From the NCBI GenBank assembly GCA_013239625.1, contig MU054187.1:10623231-10687230 (forward strand): 64,000 nt of DNA, given 5' to 3'. Below, in pieces: positions 52,871 to 64,000 of this stretch. The notes beneath the pieces were generated by a model. That model saw nothing but the letters and a program-made list of their open reading frames with translations, ran no database searches and was not told the origin of the DNA. Numbering within the stretch: position 1 is the stretch's first letter; every line of letters starts with the position of its first letter. Made by a program: the position numbers and the translations under genes. Origin of the DNA: Lama guanicoe (lineage: Eukaryota).

Positions 52871-53782
52871 TTTTCAGCTGCTTAATTGCAATCCCTAAAT
52901 TCTTTTTTGCTATCTGTCTTTTTTGCCACACACACCCCCTTTCCCCATTTGCTTTCCTTTATTTGGTCCATCTTGAGAGAATATATATTTTCTTTTTCTT
53001 TCATTTTTTTTTCTCCTTTTTTCCCCCCCTTCCCTTCCTATAGGTTAGAATTTGGAAGCAGGAGAGAGTGTTTCAGGGTTCTCCTCCATCTATACTCAGC
53101 CCTCGAGCCCTGGTGTGTGGTTCTGTGTAGTAACTGATCCCCATTAGGAACTGAACAATGAATGTAGCTTTGTTCATGAATTTGACAGATTTGCAAAGAC
53201 TTTTTCATCGCTAAAGCACGTTATCTTTGTACTGTAAATGGTGAGGCAGACTTCTTACAGCCAGAGATCTACATGCATATGCCTTGCCCAGAGACTGCTT
53301 TAAGCTATTTAAGAAAATATTTTCTTGATAAATACTATGAAGTTCAAAATAACTAACTATTCAGCTAAGGACAGGATGTGTGCATGCATGTGATGGAACT
53401 GTGATGTCTGTTCCACGAAAGTGGGGCCGCAGACCAGGTGTTTCTAGCAGCTCATTTCCAGTTTTCAGTGTCTTAACTATTAATTGCCGGAGTATTGAAT
53501 AAAGACATAGTGAACAGGAAGCTATCATTTAAACTTGTTTTGAATGATTTGGGTGACTTTTGAAATAAATACAAATCCTTTGAAACAATATATCAGTTCA
53601 TTTTGATTCTTGAATGCATCAGTTTTGAAAATGTTTAGATGATTTATTTCTCCTCCTCCGGTCTCTCTTGATGTTAAATCCAAAATTGTTGGAATCAATA
53701 TTCTATGCTCAAACATTAATGGTATGTTAAATAATTACTAATACGATGCAGCGATAAACAAGATTTTCCTTAATTCTTTCAG

Positions 53783-53850
53783 GGAGCGAGAGTTCAGAAC
53801 ACAGCGAAGAACTTGGGAGTCAGAGACCGGACCCCACAGTCTGCTCCGAG
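53783..53850 (+). CDS. PREX2: PREX2 penultimate exon, phase 0 to 2: GARVQNTAKNLGVRDRTPQSAP(R)
   Basis: Acceptor TTTTCCTTAATTCTTTCAG and donor AG/GTAGGT; 68 nt, in frame with both neighbours. Confidence 0.97.
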
Positions 53851-54179
53851 GTAGGTGACTTCCTACGCCTGCTCTTTCCCACGGGGTTTGCCACCACTTC
53901 CCGGACAGTGTCGCTCACAGCTAATGCAGCTGCCCCCTGATATGCCCAGAGCAGTGCTGAATGTAGTTGTGGAAATCAGCCTTGTCAGCATTTGGCGGCT
54001 AAATGTGATTAGGCATAAATGCACTCAGATAAAATGAAATTTGAGGTGAAGGAAACTTCAAGGTAGCGGGTAGAAAGTCTTGATATTATTCTATATGGCA
54101 AGTTCCATCATGAATCTAAAAACCGAAGTCCATGCAGGTGCTACTAAAATTTGTATTCCAACTGTGCCCAACGACCAGA

Positions 54180-54558
54180 ATGCCATTTCCATTTATCCTT
54201 GCACGATTGCTCATGCTGTTCCCTCTGGCGTGATTGCCTTTCCCAGCTGTGTCTGTAGGGAAAACTGCTGCTTAACCACAGAACTCCACTTGCATATCAT
54301 TTTTCTCCTCGAAGTTTTGGTTGAGTTTTCTCACTCTCTGTACTCCCTTAGTATCTTGTATGTTGATCTATTACACCCCTGATTGTGTTGCGATGCATTG
54401 TTGTAGCCTCTTTGCCCAACCTGAATATGAGCTCTTTAGAGGCAGAGGGTATTCTGTTTGGATTTTATTCATCGCTCATCATAGTGCATACATAGTGCCT
54501 GCACGGAGCACCTGGACTGATTTCGAGAATGCGTGAATGAGTAAGTGAATGAATGAGC
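54180..54558 (+). mobile_element. L2 LINE 3' remnant
   Basis: TTGCTCATGCTGTTCCCTCTGG...AATATGAGCTCTTTAGAGGCAGAGG...ATAGTGCCTGCAC...GAATGAGTAAGTGAATGAATGA tail. Confidence 0.75.
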
Positions 54559-56174
54559 TTTTCGTTTGTTATCCAACCAACTGTTCACAGTGCACATATC
54601 ATCATAAGAAAGGACTCTAATCCATGTTTCAAATAAATGAACATGTAAATAGCTATCAAAGGAATGTTCATTTGATTTCCCTGGTGACATTAGGGTAGGC
54701 GGCCGTCTATCTTGAAGTAGGGCACAGTTAAATAATTTCTTTCACATTTGATTGTTTTTAGACATTTGCATGTTAACAAAAAGTAGCCTCCTTCAAGCAC
54801 CGTCACAGACGAGACACTCTTGTTTCTGTTTACAAAGCAGCTGCTGGAGTGAGAATGATGACCGTGGCATTTGTGAAGCTGTATTTCATTCTGAAAACCC
54901 ATGTGGGAAGTGACAATGCTTTCAAAAGGGAAAACGTCTTTTCCCCCTGAAAATGGATGGAGCACTCATGTTCTAATTGCATTTATTTTTAGTGCTGACT
55001 CCTCACCCTAGTTAATCCTCAAGTCTTGCTAATGTTATTGTTCTTAGCTGATTAGATTAGAGTCTAAGACTTTCTAGTTGCTAGGATTCATTTCATATAA
55101 GCGCTCTCTGTCTAGCACCTTGCGCAGGCATGGCGTATTTGGACAACAAACCCAGTGAGGCTTTAAAATTCCAACAGGGAAACAAGATAATGGCTCGGCA
55201 AGGTCTTCTTAGCTGGAGCTTATAAACACTAATAAACAGTGGGGATAAGACGTAAGCATCCTGATCAATAAACCAGTATGCTAGCTCAATATGAGAAAAG
55301 AAACTGATGAGCTCCCTTTTTCCTTTACTGGGTGATGTTTAAAACACTTGAAACACAATAAAACCGTGCCGGCTCTTAAGTTGACATATTTTACAAGGGG
55401 TAACAGCTCTGAGAGAGAAACTTAGTGTCATTTTTCAGTGTTATTTATTCTTTCATTTATTCTACAAATATTTATTAGGGACCTAAGTTGGAAAGCACTC
55501 TGCTGTGCCCCGTGGAGACAGAAATAGTTCCAGCCCTCAAGCTTTCAGTAAAAAAGAGATGAGGGCAAGGTCATTGCAAGGAAAGGGAGGATGTGAGCAG
55601 TGATCTGTGAGAGCGCAGAGTGCGCTGAGGACCACAGAGCTTCTGGGATCCCTCCCAGCTGGGAACCAGGATTCCTGCCCCAAAGACAGCGAATTGAAGA
55701 GCAGTTTGGCTTTCAAGGCCAGGCCACCCGCAGGCACGTCTGATGTTTCTGGAGACATCTTCATGGAGGTAAAGTTTGCTGTCTCTGACACAGTATTTGA
55801 TCCAAATCCCCAACCAACCTCTAGTATAGTTTTCCTTTCACCATTTGCTTCCTTTCCTTTTTAGAAAATTCAGCAGACGTGTATTGAATTTCTGCTACAT
55901 GCCACCTGCATGTGTCAGGCACTTTGTTAAGAGCTAGCGATCAAGACGTAATTCTCTCTACCAGGCAGTGAGGTGCAGTAGAGCAACAACGGAATACCGT
56001 GGAAATAGTACACAGTTTGTGTGTGTGATGAGAACCAGATCCTCACCAAGAATCAGACCTTACATTCCAGATGTCATGGCACACTGGTCTTATTTTCTGC
56101 GACATTACACACTTTGGAAACTATTGTGTAAGGAAGTTTGGTTTTCTTTCTTGCTGTAACCGGCAGGCAGCCTA

Positions 56175-56285
56175 CTGTCATGGTTAAAAGTGAGAGAGTG
56201 GTTTTGAGTCCTGCCATGTGACCTTATGTAATCAGGCTGTGTATCTTCGCTGAGGCAGTTTCCTCATCTGTAAAATGGGGAGAAC
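56175..56285 (+). mobile_element. MIR SINE fragment
   Basis: TGAGTCCTGCCATGTGACCTT...CAGTTTCCTCATCTGTAAAATGGGG. Confidence 0.7.
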
Positions 56286-58507
56286 TGCCTTGGGACATAG
56301 TATTACTGATCAGGTAGCCTTGAAAAGAGGCACTTGCTTTGTGGTCTCCTTTCACACAGCTTTTATTTTTGTCATTTAAAAAGATGATGGGCGCAATCTA
56401 GAGACTGCAGTTTGCAAGGTCTGCTCTCTGCAGATTTAATTTGAGGTGGAAATACCAGCTCCAGGATGGCCACCTGAACCCAACAGGAAAAGGAAGAAGT
56501 GGAGCCGGGACCACACCTTTCTCATGCGGGGCCCTGGGTGTGCAGGAGTGGAGTGAAAACATGACAAGGGCCCCGAAATGTTGAGCAAACACAGGCCTCC
56601 CGTGACCTAACAATTTAGCTGCCAGGAAAGAGATGCCTCAGCGCAGAGTAGAAGTTCTGCGCTTACCTATTATATCATACTTCCGAGCTTCATCTGCCTC
56701 ACAATTTCCATGACAAATGTCTCTGAACTCAAATAACCCTGAGTCCCTTCCAAGACGCCTCCCCAAAGCCGAATCGGCCCAGGACCCAGAACTGTTATTT
56801 TGGTAGGGGCTGGCAAGGAGCAGCCTTTTCTCCAATTGGCAAGACAGACATTCCGAAGACTCCTCTACCTGGTGGCATTCGTTACATAATGTGGAAACAT
56901 GCAGTGCCCGGGAAGGTGACACGGTGGTTCAGCCCAGATCTCCCAGGGTAGGACATTTGGGACATCTGCCACCCAGCTTCCTGTTCCTGTTCCCCCTGAG
57001 TAAGACCACGCGTGCCTTTTCACTCATTAGACAGCACTGTCAGGGAAATAAAATGATAGAAATTAAAGAGGAAAAGAACCTTCCCATCACTCTATTGTTC
57101 CAGCGCTGCGAATGCAATTTGAAGCAACACCATATCCTTCAGCGGCAAAAGCAGCTTTGAAGTATTTCAGCTCAAGTTAATGTATTCTTTTCTCCCGGAA
57201 GGATGAAATTAACTTTTCTGTTGTGAGATGTCCTTATTTCACTATTCATTTTGTTCCACGGAGGTGACATGTAAAATACTAACCACCTTCCGGACTCCAA
57301 AGGCAATAACTTCTTCTGTGTTTCCAGAGCAGGGAAGTTCATTTTGTTAGCTAGGTTTCTATCTGGATGTTAAATCTTTTTCATTCCCCTGCTTTGATTT
57401 AGAATGACTGTGGGATACATGTTGAAGGGAGAGAAAGTTTATAATGTGCTAAATTTGTCAACAACTCATTTAAACTCTGTTCAATTTCACCTGTAAAAGA
57501 GTGTGAATCACCGCAGCTACCTCTAAGTTTGGAGTGCTTGTAAAACGGAGCAAAGTTGAAATCTGCACCTTATATTTTTAGATCATCAGACTGAGCTCTG
57601 AAGTAGGACCAGCATGGCCCCGGGCACTACTGAGGACCATGGGCATACAGCTAGCCACCTTAGATCAGCTGATGACCCCTCAGTTTCTGCCTTAATAATG
57701 GCTGTGTCCTGTGCACCACTGTGGCAGCTATTAACCCCCCGTATTTGGGTTCTGGAGTTAGGATCCAACCATTCAGAAGAATGCGGAGCGCTAGAACGTG
57801 TGTGACCCTAGTTTAGTTCCCTGGGCTTTGCCTTCTTGCCATATGGTTTCAAACAACTAGACCTGGGATGCAAAGAGAGAGCATCTTGGGGCATCTCTCC
57901 CCATTCAAATGGATTCCGTGGCCCACTTGAATCTTCACCTAATGCTTTTGACAGGGGAGTGACAAGGTGGGCAGAGCTGGGCAGAGATTCCTTAGAAAAG
58001 ACCAGCTAACTGTGCCCTTGATATTCAGGACTCGGGACTCTGTCACGTTAGCCTAGCCATAACCAACTGCCAGCACCACCAGGAGGGTGCAAAATGGAGC
58101 AGGTTCCTAAAATGGGTCAGAAAATCAGTAATTCTATAAGATAGATGCTGTCTTGCTACAAGATAATCATGACAGACATGATGGTAATTATCATCCTCGT
58201 ATCATCTCCTAGAATTCGGAGAATCGCTTTTGCTACCAACAAGGTAACAGGAGCAGTGGGTATAAACGTGGCAGCATTGATTCATCAGTAGTCATCCAGA
58301 TGTTCAAAGAGACATTGATGTTTTATAAGAATAGAACCAACATTTTGGAGTCTGCTAATGTGTATGTAATTTTTAGGGAAACAGGCGATAGGATTGTGAC
58401 TGACTCCCAAACCAAAGAATTGTCAATTTACTTGTTATACCAATAAAAGCATTTCAGGCAATCTCACTCCGCCAGGCCACTGTCACACCTTCCTGTGCCT
58501 TTTCCAG

Positions 58508-58553
58508 GCTGTACAAGCTGTGTGAGCCGCCTCCCCCTGTCGGAGAAGAATGA
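58508..58553 (+). CDS. PREX2: PREX2 terminal exon, coding part: (R)LYKLCEPPPPVGEE*
   Basis: Acceptor CCTTCCTGTGCCTTTTCCAG and TGA at 58551-58553. Matches the PREX2 C-terminus (LYKLCEPPPPAGEE in human, from memory). Confidence 0.96.
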
Positions 58554-60549
58554 GGAGGACCCCCAAGGAACCAGGCGAGCAGAAGCTTCTGAACACGGGG
58601 CTTGACAAAGGACGAGCTGGCTGAACATTCTCCACTCAAGATAAAGAAATGGATTTTTTCCTCTAAATCTTTCACTGTGGTGTAAATAACTAATGCTCAG
58701 CTTGTACTTAGATATTTTTTTCTGGAAGTGGATAGGAGTTTCTTCAAAGCACTCAGCTTCACAAACCCATCTTTCTGTGTGTTGATATGAAAAATTCATT
58801 TTTAGGATAGAATTCACCCCTGGAAATTACAGAACAAAAATAGCAGAGATAAAGCATTAACCATTGTGCCTCCTTTATTAAAATGATTTTACTGTGTTTG
58901 CTTTCATCTTCTCCAAATGGAACATAGAAGGGTGGATCTTTCCATTTGAAGTAGTCTGTCACCGAAGAAATCATCATACAGAAAAGTCACAGACAACAGA
59001 GACGGGTGTGGTCCACACTCGCGCTGGTGACAGCGGAAGAGGATGCTTTACTCTGTCTAAGGGAGTGTTGCTGAATAGAGAAAAGAGCTGACTGCGGCCT
59101 CCAGCAAGACCTTCTCCCAGCTGCTCTCAGGGACCCTTTATGCTCCTGGGCAGTTCCAGGAAGCGGTGCTGTCCTTGGTCCCTGAAATGGGCGTGGCCTC
59201 CGTGGCGCCTGCGTACTGATGCTGTGCCGTGGGTATCCAGGGGGTGGGGAGAGGCAAGGATCCCGGAGTGGCAGGAAGGAAGGAAGACTAGGGTGAAGGA
59301 GGAAAAAATATGCCTATTAAAAAACTCAATCTTTAAATTTTAAAGATGCTTAAAACTCTTAATTTTATTAAGGCTTTCACACGAGATGTCAGACTCCTAA
59401 GAAAATACACCACGCTGAGTATTTTTCTGTCAAGGTAGTATATGTATAAAATGTGAAAATAAAGCTTTATTTGTTGAACCCTAAAGGAACTATTAGAGAC
59501 CTTGATAATTTATAAAAGTACAAGGTGTATTCTATTTTCATTCTAAAGCATGCATGATGTTTATCCTTTCTAGATTAAAAAAGAACATTGGGTTTTTTTT
59601 AGCATAGTGAATATAGTGATACTGGCTTTAAATCCATAATTTTCAAAACAATTAAAATGCCCTTACTGTGATTGTGATAATTATGTGGGTTTAGATAAAC
59701 CTAGTCTGTGAAGTGCTTTCCATGACTAAAGTATGTACAAACCGTTATTAAATTTTAATTTATAAATTTTGATAACAGTTTTCAAACTATTATTTAAAAA
59801 CCCTCATCCCCAGCACTTGTGTGTTGAAGAACAGAAACACTATGTTACGTATGTCTGAGGTGTTTATATACTGGTCAAGGTAGTGATAAATGTTATGTGG
59901 CACAGAAGCACTTAAGACTTTCCTGATAAGTCCCTATCTATAATGAAAAAATAAAGAACCCAACCGTTTTCAGGGGAAAAGTTGAACACTTTGGATTTAA
60001 TGAAGATATGACCTTAATATAAATATGTACATTAAATATATTTTTAACTTTCAGGAGTTTAACATTCTTGATACCATGAGCAAGTGTTCCTGAAGGTCCA
60101 TGAAATTAGTAAATTGTGATTTTCCCGTACTGAGCATTTGATTACATTTAACACAGGGCTAATGAGTGAGCAAAACCGACTAACTAGCAAGTACTTTCAT
60201 GTTGTCAGTACTGCTTCCTGATCACCACTCTGGAAGCAGTGTTCCTCACTAGAGGCCTGAGTTGGTCACAAACGTTTCAGTCATCTTTTGCTGTTTCATG
60301 TGGGAAATTATCTGTTATTGTAGTATTTATAAATGAACATATTTTAATATCAATCTCTATGTAATAGGATATACTTAATATAATTGTAAGGGTTGAACGT
60401 AGTGTAAGTGTACCATCTGTCAGAGTGCTTGGCACTTATTTAAAAAAAGCTCAAAAGTTAGTGATGACTTTTATTATCAATGACTGATTTTCAACTGTAA
60501 TGAAAACTGTAGCTAAAGCCTGAGTAATTTCTACAAGCAATACCTCCAA

Positions 60550-60740
60550 GTGCTTTACCCATACTTTGCTGTGTTGCTTCACTAATCCTCGTAATGATGA
60601 GTTGGGGTGGTACCCTTTTCATCACCCCCAATTTACAGTTGAGGAACTGAAGCAAAGAATGGTCCAGTGACTTGCCCAAGGCGCCATGTGACTGATAAGA
60701 GGTAGAACCGGGATTTGAACCGGGATACATTATGCTGCTT
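60550..60740 (-). mobile_element. MIR SINE inside the 3' UTR
   Basis: TTTACAGTTGAGGAACTGAAGC...AGTGACTTGCCCAAGGCGCC...GTAGAACCGGGATTTGAACC. Confidence 0.8.
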
Positions 60741-62891
60741 TTCTTTATTAATACAGGAAATGTAATACTGCCAATTCTTTGTTGATAAAGTTGGAGTTAT
60801 GTGGGGTATGTTGCCATTGAATTATTCATCTTATATTGAGAAAAAAGTGAATGGAAATATATAAAATGCCTTTAGTACATGAAAATCATAGGGTTTCCTG
60901 GGCTTTTTACCATTCTGACTACACGTTATGAGGTGACCCAATGCTATTGTAATCTGAAAAAAGTATGATATATTCTTTACAACTGAAGATAACAGTTTTA
61001 GATAGGTCTTGGAAATCTGGAATAGTACATTATATAAAACTTGACTATGATTCCAAAACGGTGGTAACAGTAAAAAATGTCAAATGAGTAAATGAATAAA
61101 GACACCCCTTCAGTGCCATAATGTCCCTCCATGTGATGTTGGACATTTAACTGGCCTTGAGTTTTTAGAGTGGGTTTACCTAAATGCTAACATACTGTTC
61201 ACCAGGGTACCTTTAAACATTCCCAAAGTCTGCTGACACTTCTGCTGAGTTCTGCCCACTTTGAAGTTCTGAGTTTAGACACCTGCCTCTCTCCACCTGA
61301 AAGGGAGGGTCCTGCAGAGAGGTTTGATTCTTAATATGGGACCTGATTCAAAAATGCTTGTTAACTGGCAATTCATAGTCAATAAATCTGAAACATTCCA
61401 TTGTGTCTTGTGAAGTTTTCTCATTAAATGTTGCAAAATTTAAATGATATTAAAGTGTGAGTAATTTGAGGAAACTGGAATTTTTCATCTATTTCTGTTA
61501 CATTTGGCAAAAAGGAAAGGAAGAAAGAAAGAGGGGGGAAGGAAACTTGTACTAATTTTACTTATATGGGATCTGTAATGGTGAATTAGAGTGGAAGCTT
61601 TATTTTACGAACCAATGTCCCAATCTTAGGAATCTCATGCTATTTTCTGCCTTTATAAATCACGTTCTTCCTGTCTTAGATTCCCTGTGCATTCAGTGGC
61701 TACTCTTCTTGCAGTAACAATGTTCAATTTAAAATTAGGTTAATTTCTCATGATTCTGTACTATATATGACACCGTGATGATACTGGTTCTGACTCTATT
61801 AATTTAAATTTTGTGATAGTTAAATTCAGAATGATATGAAATTGTCCTTGGCACTGACTGTAAAAGCCAGGAAAATGAGTAGGTATAAAAATCCTGAGGG
61901 GCATGTTAACTCATTTAGGTAAACAGACTATTTTCAACACTTTGGACACATTTTACCGCCAAAACAAACGTTTATTGACTTGGAAGCATTCAGTTTGAGT
62001 TAGTTATTCTATGTATTTGAAAATAATAAATTTGTAATTAAAATACTAAAGTATTCTTTCATGAGTTCATGTAGATCTTCTCCTGTGTGGAATGATTTAT
62101 GCGGAATAGAGGCCATAAATTTATTTACCTATATTTTCGGTTAAGTATAATATTGAAGTTTAAAGTGAATAACCTTACTTTGAGAAATTTTATTTTACAT
62201 TTTACTTTAAAGGTCATTTTTAGATTTTCTTCACTAGCAGTATTTACTAATGTTGAAACTAACCTTTAGTATATGACTAAATTGCTTCTGAAATTTAAAA
62301 CCTATGTTTAATTTTTAAAGGCTTGTTTTTAAGTGAATTATCATATGCGATTATAGCGCAGTTACTTTCCCAAAGTCAGTAGTAGTTATTCCATTAACAT
62401 GTATACGCATTAACCAGTTTGCCGAATGAACTGTCAGTTGTTCTGTGTAAGGATGAAGGCAAAAGCTTTGAAAGTGGTTTAGGATGATCTAAACTTCGAC
62501 TGAGAAAAATATTCTGTACGTTATCAAGTTTTTGAGGTCTTAGACATGCGCCTCAGAAAAGTTTCACCCACGGGAATCCGCAGATGAGGTGGGGTAAAGT
62601 TACAACAGGTGTCTGTCTCTGATTCTTTTTACATGCAGTGCCTACAATCTGCATTGGTCTTGCCATCCTGTAATAGTAATTATAGTTTGTCTTTTGTTTT
62701 AGAAAAATTTTAGTACTTAAAAGCTTTAACCTCAGCATTCATATTGCCAAGTGGTGCAGGCACGGAAGACTGTTTAGATATGTCCTGTGCTTCCTCTAAC
62801 TGTGGTTACGTAGACACGTGGCCTCCTTCACTCAGGATAGCTTGCTCCGCTCACTGAGAAGAGATGTCTGAAGTCTATTAGGTGTACTAAG

Positions 62892-62927
62892 ATATATACA
62901 CACACACACACACACACATATATATAT
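62892..62927. repeat. Compound (AT)n(CA)10(TA)n microsatellite in the 3' UTR
   Basis: Read directly from the sequence. Confidence 0.93.
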
Positions 62928-63958
62928 GCATTTTATATCATATATATTTATAATTTTTTGTTTTTATAATACCTTATAAAATTATAAAGATAATACTTAG
63001 ATTTTAAAGTTAGATTCTTGTGTCTTATTTTGTGTGAAGGTATGAAATATGGAGTTGTTCAGTATATTGAATGTCTGTCTAAATATGCCAGAAGGGCACC
63101 CAGGAGGCCATCTTTGATCACTGACACTAGTGTGCTGTACAAACTAGAGTTGATTTAACTGGCTTTGCCATCAGAAGAAGTAGCCGATTAAGAACAAAGT
63201 TGTTGAATTTTCAAATGATAGTTCTGCTGGAAATAGGAAGTTTTGGATAGATAATTTTGGATGCAAATGTATGTTACTCACTCGTGTATTCATTCAACAA
63301 ACATGTTTGAGAATTCACTTTGTAAAAGGCAGTGGGCATCAGTTTTGCGTTGGATGTATTTCGTTCAAAAATCTTTACAGTATCTCCTCTGTGTTAATCT
63401 TCTTGATGTCTTTTACTTGGAATGACATTATTTGTAACATAAACCTATTCTAAACCATGTAGGTATATAGGCTGTGCGAGTGAAGTCAAGAATATTAAGT
63501 TGACAAAAATGCTCTAGAAAACACACATTTAAAGTTGAGTATCTAATCCCTCAAGCAAATTTACTAGAGTTTCGGATGAATATATATTTTTGTAACTGCC
63601 AAGTAAATGAGTAGAACATAGATTTTTGTTTTAAAAATATTTTTATAAGTATTCATTTACACAGTATTCATTATTTTAAACATTAAAATGTCAAATTGGT
63701 TCTATAAATAGTGTGTCTTTTGAATATATCCATATTTAACATTGTATAACACCCAAAATGTAATGACAGATTTCATCTGAATACGTTATTATAGTAGTCT
63801 GTTTTTTCCTTTGTAAAAATATGTATGTAACATAGTTTCAGTCACTCAGTATTTTGTGTATGGTTAAAATGATCCAAATGTATTATGTGTTTTATATCAT
63901 TTATTTTTATCTGCATAAAAGACTAGAATAGTAACATTGTACCATAAATGTCAAAAAT

Positions 63959-63964
63959 AATAAA
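63959..63964 (+). terminator. Probable distal polyadenylation signal AATAAA of PREX2
   Basis: Canonical hexamer with TGTA (CFIm-type element) at 63938-63941 in a U-rich upstream region. Any downstream element would lie at the window edge. Confidence 0.65.
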
Positions 63965-64000
63965 GTGCAATGTAGTATGAACATTTCAGTTTCTATCCAC

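Larger units (their letters stand above)
58554..63985 (+). other. PREX2: PREX2 long 3' UTR (about 5.4 kb; 3' end inferred)
   Basis: Follows the stop codon; AT-rich and comparatively repeat-poor. It ends near AATAAA at 63959, which has an upstream TGTA. The cleavage site is inferred, not observed. Confidence 0.7.

Noticed and set aside
58074..58092. CTCF-like site CACCACCAGGAGGGTGC
   Set aside because: It mismatches the core consensus at high-information positions and cannot be supported without ChIP data.
58551..58560. Stop-codon readthrough of PREX2
   Set aside because: The context is TGA-G, not the leaky TGA-CTAG motif, so there is no evidence for readthrough.

Overview
Mammalian genomic DNA. 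A camelid (alpaca/llama/camel) origin is likely, judging from tRNA-derived SINE copies and L1 3' ends that match camelid repeats as I remember them. The window holds the 3' end of PREX2 (PIP3-dependent Rac exchange factor 2) on the + strand. There are six coding exons (5880-5994, 27528-27594, 27837-28027, 47629-47731, 53783-53850, 58508-58553 including TGA). All have canonical AG/GT boundaries and matching phases. Spliced, they give about 196 aa, [13 protein letters not shown]...[16 protein letters not shown]...LYKLCEPPPPVGEE*, the C-terminal part of the inositol-polyphosphate-4-phosphatase-like (IP4P) domain. A ~5.4 kb 3' UTR follows and probably ends just after AATAAA at 63959. The introns (21.5, 0.24, 19.6, 6.1 and 4.7 kb) are full of ordinary interspersed repeats: L1, L2, MIR, MaLR/ERV LTRs, MER5, Tigger and SINEs. 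Almost all ORFs in the supplied track are spurious. I found no convincing novel biological system. The most unusual signal is a sharply bounded CpG-rich, GC3-saturated patch over the exon carrying the CX5R pseudo-phosphatase loop (43 consecutive G/C-ending codons). Smaller points are a near-perfect 78-bp tandem duplication, an intact solo LTR, an ORF1-only L1 fragment, motif clusters that may be enhancers, and alternative poly(A) signals. Repeat family names and human comparisons are from memory, not from database searches; repeat boundaries without TSDs are approximate.
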